A DNA stretch of 64,000 bases from an uncultured Nitrososphaerales archaeon (GTDB lineage: Archaea > Thermoproteota > Nitrososphaeria > Nitrososphaerales > Nitrososphaeraceae): NCBI GenBank assembly GCA_963841565.1, contig CAWJCY010000009.1:1-64000 (forward strand). The letters are read 5' to 3'. Shown here one piece after another: positions 12,119-23,389 of this stretch. The first letter of the stretch is position 1. Each line of letters begins with the position of its first letter. Made by a program: the position numbers and the translations under genes. The notes under the pieces were generated by a model, which searched no databases, was not told the origin of the DNA, and was given only the letters and a program-made list of their open reading frames with translations.

Positions 12119-13174
12119 ATGAACCTAAAACCAGGTAAAAATAGGAGGACAACTCCAGAAGGGGAGCCTCTTGAAGACGCAGGCGGAGGTGGTGGATTTC
12201 CAGGTGGTGGCAGAGGTAGTTTTTTTCGAAGATCAGGAGGATCTGGAATCGGAAAGGGATCAAACTCACTTATAAAAATAGTCATTCCCGCTGTAATTGG
12301 CATAATTATAGTCGCATTCCTAATCACAAATAGTGTAAAGATCGTCGATGCTGGGAATAGAGGAGTATTGTTAAATTTTGGTGCCGTTGACGTTAGTAGA
12401 TCATTAGAGGAAGGGATCCATTTCGTAGTTCCGGTAAGAGACAACGTAGTACAGATGGAAGTAAGAACACAGAGGATAACAGAAGATGCAGCGTCTGCAT
12501 CCAGGGATCTTCAAGACGTAAGAACACAGGTAGCACTGAATTACCATCTAGATCCTGATAATTCACAGAATGTTTACAAAAATCTAGGACTTGATTACGC
12601 AAATAGAGTGATTGTACCGGCAATTCAAGAGTCAGTTAAACAAGTAACTGCTAGATTTAACGCAGAGGAGCTCATTACTCAAAGAGAGAGTGTCAAAACG
12701 GAGATTGAGCAGCAAATAAGAGCTAGACTTGCCCAGTACAATATCATTGTTGACGCAATATCTATCACCGAGTTCGAATTTTCAGCCGAATTTGTGAGAG
12801 CAGTAGAGGCAAAAGTAGCAGCTCAACAGAGGGCACTACAGGCACAGAATGAGCTACGTAGAATAGAGATTGAAGCACAACAGGCAGAGGCCAGAGCAGT
12901 CGGAGAGCAGCAGGCTAATATTGCAAGAGCGGAAGGAGTTAGACAATCTAACGTACTGCAGGCACAGGGTGAAGCACAAGCTATAACTACAATTGATGAG
13001 CAGCTACGGCAGAGTCCAAGTTATCTGGAATGGCTCAAGTCCCAGAAATGGGATGGACAGTTGCCTCTAGTGGTTGGTGGAGGAGCAGGAGGCGAAGAGA
13101 CTCCTTTCATTAGTATTCCCACCTCAGGAAATGGTAGTACCACTGGTGGTACTAATGTTACTACAGGAGAATAA
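12119..13174 (+). CDS. SPFH/band 7 (prohibitin-like) membrane protein
   Basis: TM segment, then VDAGNRGV..FG, EEGIHF..P, SRDLQ.V, coiled coil AQQRA..A, KWDGQLP. Confidence 0.95.
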   Translation: MNLKPGKNRRTTPEGEPLEDAGGGGGFPGGGRGSFFRRSGGSGIGKGSNSLIKIVIPAVIGIIIVAFLITNSVKIVDAGNRGVLLNFGAVDVSRSLEEGIHFVVPVRDNVVQMEVRTQRITEDAASASRDLQDVRTQVALNYHLDPDNSQNVYKNLGLDYANRVIVPAIQESVKQVTARFNAEELITQRESVKTEIEQQIRARLAQYNIIVDAISITEFEFSAEFVRAVEAKVAAQQRALQAQNELRRIEIEAQQAEARAVGEQQANIARAEGVRQSNVLQAQGEAQAITTIDEQLRQSPSYLEWLKSQKWDGQLPLVVGGGAGGEETPFISIPTSGNGSTTGGTNVTTGE

Positions 13175-13681
13175 ACCCACTAATGAGACTATGAGATTGC
13201 GAGTTCATGAAGAGTTATAGCTTGCACCAAAAAATGTACAAGCTATACATTTTGCCAGTAGAAGTAGCTGCTTCTACCACGTATTCTTGCCATCCCACAC
13301 GGATAATCTTATTGTTTACACTGCGTCACTTTGTTAGGCTCTGTGGGTCAGTAGTAGCCGAGAGATAGGTAGTTGCTGTACTGACGTTGGTAATCCAGGT
13401 ACGGTAACAATGGATGACATTGAACCAGGCGGCTGCAGAATCAAGAAACCAGGTTTCACAAGCGTTCCCGTGGTCTAAATCTTAAACTTTTAAACTGCAA
13501 TTCGACCTCCAAATTCTTATTTTTTCCTAGTTAATTGACTTAAGCTAAGGTAGCAAAAAAATGAAAATATGTGAATATTGATTAGAGGCTGTTGTTTTTT
13601 TGTTTATTCTCTATTCTGTGGGATAAATAGAGATATAGTAGTAATGAAATCTTCCATGGTAGGAACATTCGATCATCCGAT

Positions 13682-14266
13682 ATGAAATGTCTTAATTGCT
13701 ACTCGGAATATATTCCCACACTTTTATACCCTATCTGTGAACAGTGTGGATTTTGCTACTATTGTAGAAGATTTCTGTCATGTATTCATTACAAAGAAGA
13801 TCTGCCTAGTACGATGAAAAAATATCCGCAGGGACAATCGCTGCGATTGGCAGGTCAAGGATATAAGGATTTGAAATACGGCGAAAGGAAATGGGATTCA
13901 TATAAAGAGCTTTCGCTCTCCTTGATAAATAGAACTCCTTATGATTGCTTTGCCGCCGTATTAGTCATTGATGAATCAACTAGACGTGGTCTAGGAAAAT
14001 CAAACATGTTAGTGTTACTACGCAAATTGCAAGCGATGCAATACCCTCTAAACTGCTATATAGATATTGTACCTACAGGCAGCTATGATATTGACATAAT
14101 ACGAATAGTGGGTTCCTACAAAGCTTTACCTGTGTTTTTACTGACATCTGACAAAGAACTCTATGATAAGCTATTACCCAAGGCAATATTAGTTAAATCG
14201 AAAGGAACCAATAATGCAGTAAGAATAATCTATAATGCGATAAGGTATAGAATCAAGAGACTATAA
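13682..14266 (+). CDS. Cys-rich Zn-finger plus putative PIN-like (Mut7-C/DUF5615-like) domain protein
   Basis: N-terminal CxxC, CxxC, CxxC, CxH; C-terminal VLVIDES...GSYDIDII...FLLTSDKELY. Confidence 0.55.
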   Translation: MKCLNCYSEYIPTLLYPICEQCGFCYYCRRFLSCIHYKEDLPSTMKKYPQGQSLRLAGQGYKDLKYGERKWDSYKELSLSLINRTPYDCFAAVLVIDESTRRGLGKSNMLVLLRKLQAMQYPLNCYIDIVPTGSYDIDIIRIVGSYKALPVFLLTSDKELYDKLLPKAILVKSKGTNNAVRIIYNAIRYRIKRL

Positions 14267-14378
14267 TAATCTGGTTCCTGATATATTTCATCTTGTTAGA
14301 ACTAGTACAAAAGATATAACCAAGAACTTTGATAGATGAGTATGTCATTTAGCATAATATCGCTCATATGCAGGTCTT

Positions 14379-14585
14379 GTGGAAATAATATTGGACAAGA
14401 ATAATAAATCAAATCCTGACGGGCGGGACAAACGTAGGTACTCGGATTTTCTAGTAGGTCTTGGGTTAGGTGCAGTCGGTGTTGTCATTCTTTCGTCTAT
14501 ATTGAAACCACGATGTCCGAAATGTCGGAAAAAGGTATTACGTGGGATTCACGAATGTCCATTCTGCGGGGCTAACTTGCAGTAA
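14379..14585 (+). CDS. small TM plus zinc-ribbon protein
   Basis: Hydrophobic helix FLVGLGLGAVGVVILSSIL followed by CPKC...CPFCG. Confidence 0.7.
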   Translation: MEIILDKNNKSNPDGRDKRRYSDFLVGLGLGAVGVVILSSILKPRCPKCRKKVLRGIHECPFCGANLQ

Positions 14586-15253
14586 GAAATTGCATTTGAT
14601 GATTTCACGCGTACACAAGTACCCGTAACTGCATTTTTATACCCTAATGACTGACATTTTAATTATCCAGTAACAACTTTACGCTAGTAGATCTGTTTGT
14701 ATGTTTCAATAGCCACAACTATCTTACGACACCGACATAATTTAGTTCCAATAGATGCTATTTCTTGATGATAGGTTCAGTTGTCTCTCTTCTTCAAATA
14801 GTTCCTCCGATGTCACAGTTCTTGCATAAGGTAATGATATTAGGTACTCAATTATCTTTAGATTCTGGAGTATTTGCTGATTGGGGAAAGTGGTCGCAAA
14901 TAAAATGCCTATTAAGGCTTGCAAAAATTGAGTCGTTCTTGACCAGAGCAATCAACTTTAATTTATAAGTAATAGTTTTTTATCATGATACTCTCCTCTG
15001 GATTGATCAAGTCAAATTTCGACTTAGGTTTGCGAACCCGGACATATGATAAGGTAAAAAACTAGACTCAACGAACCTCAAGTATCGGCAAATTGATTTC
15101 GTGTCATTGAATAAGTAATCAGCAAGGAGCAGAAACAATTAGAAAAATGGAATGATATTCTGGGTAAACAAAATGTTTAATCAGATACTTTCTTCAGAGT
15201 TATAGAAATAGTAACAGTGTTGGCTCCATGTTGTCTACTGTTGGCTCGGCAGT

Positions 15254-16424
15254 TTAGTACTTTTTGCCATTGTTATTGCCCGAATGTGTTGATGAGGGTT
15301 GTTTAGTCCTATTTGGATTTAAGGTTTTTGATTCGGCTGTTTGAATTATCTGAGGTATCTGAGCTTTCTCTGATAGGATCTTGAAGTAGTTGATAAATTG
15401 TTGAGCTGAAGTATGCGTCATCGTAACATGCTAATGCGCTTGTGAACTGCTGCGGATTCGTATGATTAACAGTCTCATAGACTACTTGAAGCTCATCAAC
15501 TACGATAAAGCTCACAGGAAGGTCTGAGAGTCTAAGAAGCTCAAATTTATTTGACGGAGCACGAATCATGTTATCGATCATTTTAAATGTATCCCGATTA
15601 GGTGCTTTTCTAACTATTGCGTTAATCCTCTTTTCTAAACTAATTTGTTCAGGAGTACTATCAATGATATGCAGTTCAATTCCTTTTGAAAATGTCTCAA
15701 ATAACTTCCTAGATACGTGGGAGTCATAATATCGAGATGCGAAATAAACATTCTTTTGTGCATTATCGAGAACACGCATCACCTCAATGATGAGGCGATT
15801 AAAATCCTTTATAACAGAAAAGCTAGACAAATATGTCGAATTCAACATTCTGTTTAAGCTATCATTTGATTGCACCAATTGGTTGATAATTGCATCTTTC
15901 TGAATAGGTGGAAAATTTGGGTTTGTTTTTAAGATGTCTATCGCTTTCAGCTCCCAATAATTAGAGAGGGCTTGTTCCATTGTTTCAATATGCCCATTAT
16001 AAATTATAGAACCTAATGAAGTTGTTCTATACATTGATTTACCTCTGCCTGGTGCTCCCACATCTCGCTTTTCTACTAAGCCAAGGTCACAAAGACGCCT
16101 CAATCTCGTATAAAACTGTCTCTTACTCAAGTTTCCAACAAAATTCGAGGAATTACTCTTAAGACCAGTATATGCTGCTTTTAAGAGATTAACTGATCCT
16201 CTATCAGACAATAGAGAAAACAATTCAAACGAGTCAGGGACAGTCCCTAACCTTATTTCGGCTGCCCCCGATAAAGCCTTCTCAGTTTCTCCTATTTCTC
16301 GTTTTTGTCTTCCTACTTTTCGTCCTCCTGGAAAGGCATTACTTTTGATATTATTACCTATCTTATCACCGCCGTTGTAAAATTTCTTATTTTTGTCTAG
16401 ATCCATCTTATCACTCATCTCCAT
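15254..16424 (-). CDS. wHTH transcriptional regulator with C-terminal PLD/TrmB-like domain; probable frameshift near 15410
   Basis: LSKRQFYTRLRRLCDLGLVEKR...YRTTSLG (wHTH); VLDNAQKNVYFASRY, SFIVVDELQVVYE; alternate frame continues AQQFINYFKIL to a stop at 15254 (track ORF ends 15309). Confidence 0.7.
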
Positions 16425-16866
16425 TGCTAAGCCGAGTTAGCCAGTCACTTTTATGTCTCTCGCAGTATATATTAATTCCCCTTTTTAGGTGATTAGAAGA
16501 GGCTAGATACGAAGCATTGTAAGAATTGAAAATATTGAAATTCCATCATACCCCTTAGACACTCCGAAGCGACTAATGAGAGTAAATTTGGACGTTCAGG
16601 ATCATAATATGGTTCGGGACCATTGCGCATTTGTTCATCTACCAAACACTTCATGTGGCATGGTGCCTTTGACGGAAGACATCATCTACCTCCCTTCATG
16701 ACTAGCAGATATTCCGTACTGGGAGATTGGTTCCTTCTCATCAATTGTTCGAATTCTCAAACCTCTGTAAGCTTCTTTAGAATGAAGCTTATGTAATGGG
16801 TTCAGACAAGAATTGCCAAAACACACAATAGTCAAATCCTTTATTCAATGAGGAGATAAGAAAAAA

Positions 16867-18171
16867 ATGAGCAATTACAATAATAATACTGAAAGTAATA
16901 GAGAAACTGGCAAAATGACTTTTGGTGAGATCGATAACGGATTTACCGTGCGTAAGTCAACAATTTTCTTGTTTGCAACTTCAATGTCGTTGGCTTTCTT
17001 ACTAGCTCATCTATCACCAGAATTAATTGATTCAATCGCCTATGCTCAACTACCTCATCCACTACAAGGGTCAGATAATGATTATGATTCGGATTTAGGG
17101 CAAAAAAATTCTTCTTCACCGATCATTTCCATATCAAAACCTAACAGCAGCCTTTTTAATGATGTATTCAAACAGACACAAGGATCCGTTGTGCAAATAA
17201 CTAGAACGGTACCCCAAACAGGTATCGCTGTAGATCCTTCACAAGAAAATAGAACAGCATTGGGTTCTGGTTTTGTATTCGATCAAGAGGGACACATCAT
17301 TACCAATAACCATGTGGTTGCGAATGCCAAGGTAGTAGATGTGACATTTACTAATGGAGATAGATCTAGGGCTAACATCACAGCGGTGGATCCGTATGTA
17401 GACTTAGCAGTTCTTAAAATTATTGAAACAGAAAATAATACCTTGGAGCAAGAACAACACCTAAATGCGCTCCGACTTGCCAACTCGTCAGCTTTACAAA
17501 TAGGTGACCCTGTGATCGCTATCGGAAATCCTTATGGCCTTGCGGGAACTATGACAACTGGCATAGTGAGTCAAGTAGGCAGACTAGTCCCAGCTCCTGG
17601 TATTGGCTTCTCGATTCCTGACGTAATTCAAACTGACGCTGCTGTGAACCCCGGTAACTCCGGCGGGCCGCTATTGGACACACAGGGTAGGGTAGTGGGA
17701 GTTACTTTTGGAGGCTTTCCGGGAGGGGTGAATTTCGCAATACCATCCAACCTTGTACAAAAAATAGTTCCAACTCTGATCGCTGAAGGAAACTATACTC
17801 ATCCATACCTAGGATTTACAGGAGCCACCCTTACTTCGGATCTGGCAGCTAGTATTGCAAATATAACCCAAAATCTGAAGGGAGTATCTGTAAATACGAT
17901 AGTACAGGAGGGTCCTGCAGACAAGGCCGGGTTGAATGGGACTACAATCGATCAGTATGGTAGAAAGCACGGAGGAGATGTAATCGTAGCAGTTGATGGA
18001 GATAAGATAAGAGAGTTTGAACAGGTAGTATCATATATGGAGGGGAATAAGTCTCCTGGCGATAATGTAGTTCTAAGCGTGTTCAGGAATGGAAGTGTGA
18101 TAGATTTGGACGTAGTACTGGAAAAGAGGCCCGTAAGTTCACCTCTACACAATAGTACGGAACAATCATAA
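16867..18171 (+). CDS. HtrA/DegP-like trypsin serine protease with PDZ domain
   Basis: GSGFV, TNNHVV, DLAVLK, IQTDAAVNPGNSGGPL, GPADKAGL...GDVIVAVDG. Confidence 0.95.
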   Translation: MSNYNNNTESNRETGKMTFGEIDNGFTVRKSTIFLFATSMSLAFLLAHLSPELIDSIAYAQLPHPLQGSDNDYDSDLGQKNSSSPIISISKPNSSLFNDVFKQTQGSVVQITRTVPQTGIAVDPSQENRTALGSGFVFDQEGHIITNNHVVANAKVVDVTFTNGDRSRANITAVDPYVDLAVLKIIETENNTLEQEQHLNALRLANSSALQIGDPVIAIGNPYGLAGTMTTGIVSQVGRLVPAPGIGFSIPDVIQTDAAVNPGNSGGPLLDTQGRVVGVTFGGFPGGVNFAIPSNLVQKIVPTLIAEGNYTHPYLGFTGATLTSDLAASIANITQNLKGVSVNTIVQEGPADKAGLNGTTIDQYGRKHGGDVIVAVDGDKIREFEQVVSYMEGNKSPGDNVVLSVFRNGSVIDLDVVLEKRPVSSPLHNSTEQS

Positions 18172-18891
18172 CGGTATTGACAACATTATTTTATACAACC
18201 ATGCTAGGAAGGTGACGTCACCTCTCTTAGTATCTTTTTTACTCCAATCATCAACAAATTTGAAAAGGAACGCCTATTGTCGCAATTATACTGCAGCAAG
18301 AAACATTAGTAAATTTGATAGTGTATTAATGGAACGTGTCGATAATAGAAAAATAGTATAATTTTTGAAACATTGAAGAACTATTGAGATTAATCTTCTT
18401 TAGTTGCTGAATGTACTTCATATATCATATTCTGTGTGATATGGATTCCATTCCTTGGGTGGTGTGAGAGCTAGATCTATACTTACCTACATTACCTACA
18501 TTGAATTGTAAATCTAAATGCTCTAGCTAATGCAATTTTAATGCTCAAAACACTGCTAAAATTCTAAAAATGAAATGGTACCTTCCTCGATATAAGATGA
18601 AAACATCACCAGTTAATTCAACCGGTGGTCCTAGCCACAAAATATGGTTTCTAGTATCCGTTTGAAATATGGTTTCTGTACAATTCCATCTACAATATAT
18701 TTGTTCATATTACCGATCTGCTTACTATCATATATCGATATCATATTTGGAACTAAATTCCCTAATTGAGTCTTCTGTTCCACTATAGCTAATTGGTATC
18801 AGGGCGTTAGTTGGTTCTATAGCATCCACCTGAAGCTGTAAACTCTTTTCGATCATTGACTCGTTCCAACACCATATCTAGGAGTATCATG

Positions 18892-20013
18892 TTATTGCCT
18901 TAACAGGACTGGCTGAGCATCAACATGGACGCGGAAGAGGGTGTAAGGCTTCTGGCGCAGGTCACGTCCTTTGTGGAAACGAGCTTGGCGGTGTAATTGA
19001 TTCGCCGTAACGTAAAGATAGCCATCAGATGCAAGCGAGAGCGTATCTGGCCATAATAATCGGGGGTCGTGTGTCACCGTCTCCCAATGCATATCCGGGC
19101 TTCTGCGCAAAATAGCGTTATGTTCATAGTTAGTGCAATAGATATTCCCTACTGCGTCCGATTCAAGCCCATCGGAGGCACCCCCTCTATCTCCCTCATT
19201 AGTCACGGCAGCCGCAACCTCGCCCTCATCGAGGGCACGATCAGCAAGTACGTCCGTGTCTACGCTGTATAACTTGCGACTGCTCAGCGGACAGTAATAG
19301 AGACGCGAGCCGTCTGAGCTGATTGCGATACCATCGGAGCCCATGCCTGCACCCTGCTTAACCGATCCATCCGGCTGATACTCCAGGAACGGTTGACCTT
19401 CGACAATCGGGAGAAAAGTTTGCACATTCTCTGCCTTTGTAGAAGGATGGTCATGTAGGCGTCTCCAACTATTGCCAGATGCCAAGTCTACAACGATGAT
19501 ACCGTTCGGTCCCATCTGCGCTGAGTCGGTGATGAACGCCATGCCTCCGCTGCCGCTGCTGCTTCCGCGACGCAGATCAAAGCGCACATCATTAAGGTAA
19601 GTAGTTGGAAGAACCACGTTCTCTGGAAATAGAATCTTCTTGACAACTTCATCCGTACTCAGATCGACGCAGACCAGCTTTGGGCCACCAAACTGGGTTG
19701 GCCTGAATAGCGGACTACCTGTGTCAAGAATCCACAAGCGGTCTGCTGGATCGACTACCACAGATTGTACTGACACGAACGCAGCCGCAAGATCATTTTC
19801 GTTAGTTTGATTTAAAGCCTTGTTAGGATATGCCATCGTTTTGCCATCGCGGATTTCCGCTACTGTGAATGGGACATCATCTCCCCACTTTGGAAAGTTG
19901 ACAAAGATACGTCCTTGCAGCGACACAGTTACACCAGTTGGCATGGCCTCGTTAAAATAAGCGACAGGCTCCAACGAACCTATGTGCTCTTCAGACGGTA
20001 ACTCTGATGTCAT
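18892..20013 (-). CDS. major royal jelly/yellow (L-dopachrome tautomerase-related) beta-propeller protein
   Basis: PTGVTVS..GRIFVNFP, LWILDTG, GGPKLV, YLNDVRFD, SDGIAIS, WPDTLSL. Confidence 0.9.
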   Translation of the reverse strand: MTSELPSEEHIGSLEPVAYFNEAMPTGVTVSLQGRIFVNFPKWGDDVPFTVAEIRDGKTMAYPNKALNQTNENDLAAAFVSVQSVVVDPADRLWILDTGSPLFRPTQFGGPKLVCVDLSTDEVVKKILFPENVVLPTTYLNDVRFDLRRGSSSGSGGMAFITDSAQMGPNGIIVVDLASGNSWRRLHDHPSTKAENVQTFLPIVEGQPFLEYQPDGSVKQGAGMGSDGIAISSDGSRLYYCPLSSRKLYSVDTDVLADRALDEGEVAAAVTNEGDRGGASDGLESDAVGNIYCTNYEHNAILRRSPDMHWETVTHDPRLLWPDTLSLASDGYLYVTANQLHRQARFHKGRDLRQKPYTLFRVHVDAQPVLLRQ

Positions 20014-20099
20014 GTTCGTGCTTTATATTGGGTCTCTTTTCGATGATCGATTGACATGGCTTGGGTTCCTTCTCCTCCTCCTTCTTACATTGTGTGAAA

Positions 20100-20510
20100 C
20101 TAATGATCTTCGTTTAGAAAGGCCGCCGAACCTGCTTCCGCGACAGCCTGATCCTGCTCACCAGAACCGCCGCTAACGCCGATCGCGCCAACCACCTTAC
20201 CGTTTCGTTTTAGTGGGATCCCTCCAGCAAAGATCATGATTCGGCCATCATTTGATGCATGGATTCCATAGAACTGGCCCCCAGGCTGAGAATGTTTCGC
20301 CAGATCCTTTGTGGCAATATCGAAAGCACGTGAGGTAAAGGCCTTATTTATAGAAACATTGATGCTTCCGATCCATGCTCCGTCCATGCGAATATGTGAA
20401 ATAAGATTTCCTCCATCATCGACGACTGCAATGTTCATGGGCTGACTAATTTCACTTGCCTTTTTCTCGGCAGCTGCAATGACGTTTCTTGCTTCGTTCA
20501 GTGTGATCAT
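20100..20510 (-). CDS. GlcG/HbpS heme-binding protein
   Basis: NIAVVDDGGNL...RMDGA...KAFTS...FAGGIPL...VGAIGVSGG..EQD. Confidence 0.95.
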   Translation of the reverse strand: MITLNEARNVIAAAEKKASEISQPMNIAVVDDGGNLISHIRMDGAWIGSINVSINKAFTSRAFDIATKDLAKHSQPGGQFYGIHASNDGRIMIFAGGIPLKRNGKVVGAIGVSGGSGEQDQAVAEAGSAAFLNEDH

Positions 20511-20528
20511 AAGAATCTCACTCCATCT

Positions 20529-20831
20529 CTATTTAGGCAGCTTGGCTGCAAGAATATCTACCTTTTCAATGCTGGGCGGCTGCGCGAAGAGCTCAGATGC
20601 TTTTTCCATCAATGCCGCTGCAACTTGGCCCGAGAGATGTGCTTGACGACCAGACTCATCCGGGAAGGCATCAAAAATGCCGAAAGTAGATGGTCCCAAG
20701 CGGATTGCAAACCACGCGATCGTTGCTGGTTCTTCTTCGACAACAGATAAGCCTCCACGCAGGAACTTCTCGACGTCTGCCCCTTTTCCAGGCTTTGCTT
20801 CCAATCGAACAAATAATGCCACCTTAACCAT
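20529..20831 (-). CDS. antibiotic biosynthesis monooxygenase (ABM) family protein
   Basis: LFVRLEAKPGKG...EEPATIAWFA...FGIFDAFPDESGRQAHLSG; strong SD (AAAGGAG) before ATG 20831. Confidence 0.9.
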   Translation of the reverse strand: MVKVALFVRLEAKPGKGADVEKFLRGGLSVVEEEPATIAWFAIRLGPSTFGIFDAFPDESGRQAHLSGQVAAALMEKASELFAQPPSIEKVDILAAKLPK

Positions 20832-20921
20832 AGGGTTTCTCTCCTTTCGACATTGTTGTGGGCTCGCAATGTAAACCATACCATGCGACTTTTAAAATTT
20901 CTTTTGACATATCTTCTCTAA

Positions 20922-22086
20922 TCACCATTTGGGATGGATAAGGACTTTTATATAGCCTTCAACTCTTTTGTCAAACTTTTCATATGCATTGGGTGCATCG
21001 TCGATCTTGATCTCGTGTGACACGACAAAGCTTGGTTTAGCTACACCTGATATTATCAAATCTCTGAGATACCTATTGTAACGTTTGACATTGCACTGTC
21101 CTGCTCCCATCGTGAGTCCTTTTTCAAAGAACATTCCAACTGGAAATGGCAATATACCCTGTTTTGCGTACTCATCTGACGCTCCAGGATCTTCTGTAAC
21201 ATACAATCCAGGAGCTCCAATACCACCAGTTGCTCTTACGGCCCTCACAAGAGACATGAGAACGGAATTCGGTACATAATTTCCACCTGCTGAGGCCGAC
21301 CGTGGCTTGGTAACCAACAGCATCAACACCTCTATCTACACCACCTTCTCCTTCTGTTTCCCCAAGTATTTGTTCGACCGGATCGCCCTCATCTAGGTTT
21401 ATCGGTATGGCTCCTATAGATTTAGCTTTGTCAAGTCTCTCCTTATGTCTGTCCACAGAGAAGATTTTAGATGCACCCCGCAATTTAGCACTGTAATCAG
21501 CCATCAGTCCAACCGGTCCTGCACCAAAGATCGCTATTGTCTCTCCAGGTTTGAAGCCTGAGCGTGTAACACCATCCCATCCTGTTGGAAATATATCTGT
21601 AAGCAAAGCAAAGTCTTTCTCATGAGAATCATCATTAGGAAGCTTTAGTGCGTTGAAATCAGCGTAAGGTACTCGCAGATACTCGGCTTGTCCTCCCATA
21701 AAAGGTCCCATCCCAACTTAGCCGTATGCTGCTCCGGCAGATCCCGGATTTAGATTAGTGCAGAATCCTGTGTATCCTTCCTCACAGTTACGACAGTGAC
21801 CGCAACCAATATTGAAAGGCATTACTACTCTATCGCCTATTTTTAGGTCGGTGACACCAGAGCCTACTTCTTCAATTATTCCAAGGTTTTCATGTCCAAA
21901 CACAATTCCTGGTTTCGCTGAGGTCCTACCTTCGTACATATGGAGATCTGACCCACAGATCGCAGTAGTAGAGATTCTCACGATTGCATCATTAACATGC
22001 TGTACCGTTGGTCTAGAAACTTCTTCGACTGAAACTTTGAAGGGCTCCTTGTATACTACAGCTTTCATAGTTGAGCTGTGTTGCAA
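20922..22086 (-). pseudogene. Zn-dependent glutathione-independent formaldehyde dehydrogenase-like ADH, disrupted
   Basis: ICGSDLHMY, GHENLG, CGHCRNC..C, DIFPTG, GAGPVG; in-frame TAA at 21718-21720 (AYG*VGMG) and a frameshift near 21300. Confidence 0.85.
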
Positions 22087-22221
22087 TACATATTATATAT
22101 AGGTAGTAACTTTCGGAAAACTAACATCCCATTATCTTTACTAATTGATGGGAACAATCATTCTTTATAGTGTAAAGACGAACGAGCGTTCACATTAAAG
22201 ACCTTTTTATCTTAATATCTG

Positions 22222-22509
22222 TCAGAGATCGCTAACCATAATATGTTCTATTGAATGTGTAGGAATTAATTCCCTATTAATTATTACATTCGCAGCCTCA
22301 TCCTTATAATAAGTGATTGTTACATATTCTGCAACTATCTGTATGTTAATTGTTTCAATAGACTGATTTCGTTCATATTTTGTCGTAGATATATCCAATT
22401 TTTCTACCGTAATTGAGCCCGACGTACGCCTCAAATGAGTAATGATCACATTTTTGACCCGTACCCCATGAAATTTTATGGACGTTTCTTGTATTGAGTC
22501 ATCCATCAA
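22222..22509 (-). CDS. hypothetical protein
   Basis: 95 aa ORF, beta-rich, ELIPTHSIEHI end. Confidence 0.6.
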   Translation of the reverse strand: MMDDSIQETSIKFHGVRVKNVIITHLRRTSGSITVEKLDISTTKYERNQSIETINIQIVAEYVTITYYKDEAANVIINRELIPTHSIEHIMVSDL

Positions 22510-23389
22510 CTCAACTCTAATTGTGCAAGTACTTTAACATATCTAAAGGTTGAAAAGAAAGAAACTATTGTAAAAAGAAGATGAGGATCAGCTTAATAGG
22601 GTTCATTAGATTACGAGGCTGGGCAATTTGAATGAGCTAAAGTCATATTGAAAGGAAAACTGCAAAATGATTCAACATGACACTTGAGCGTAATGCTCAA
22701 TAAGAAGGGCGGAGGAAAGATCGATAAAAATTCTTGACCAAAACAGCATACGTTTATGCATTCTTCAAAAATGAATGGATAACATGAGCAGTCCTATAAC
22801 TCTTATACAACGGTGTAAATAACAAGTTCATCAAATCAATCTTTCTTTGGACATGCAGCATCTACTCTAGAACGCGTTAATATTATAGAGTAGTTTCAAA
22901 CTTCAAAGAATTTGAATTGGTCTACCTAATCTTTTCCCCTGTTCCACATACAAACATACTGAAATACACTTTTATTCGATTAAATCTTCCATCGCTGATT
23001 ACGGTCATTATTTATACTTATTATATTCATTGTCAATCAATTGGTTACACCAATACAAACCTTAACTAGCTCCTAAGTCAATCTTTAGTATGAGTATCAT
23101 AATTCTAGAACTTTCAAGGAAGGAGTTAGAGATTCTGTACGCTTGTTTCAAGAGATATTTAGATCCTTCAACCACTGGTACTTGTACCAGAGGACGCCAC
23201 ATTAGATGAGATGAACAAACTCTCCGAGAAACTTAAAACACAATTAGATAAACAGGTAGATAAGACCTGACATGAGCCCTATAGAAATCAATAGGTTCTG
23301 ATGATTTTTGCATACTTGGATATCGTGAGAACTTATAGAAAATGATTAAGAATTATGCCGCGCACTAGCTACCAAGTTGTGAACTGAAG

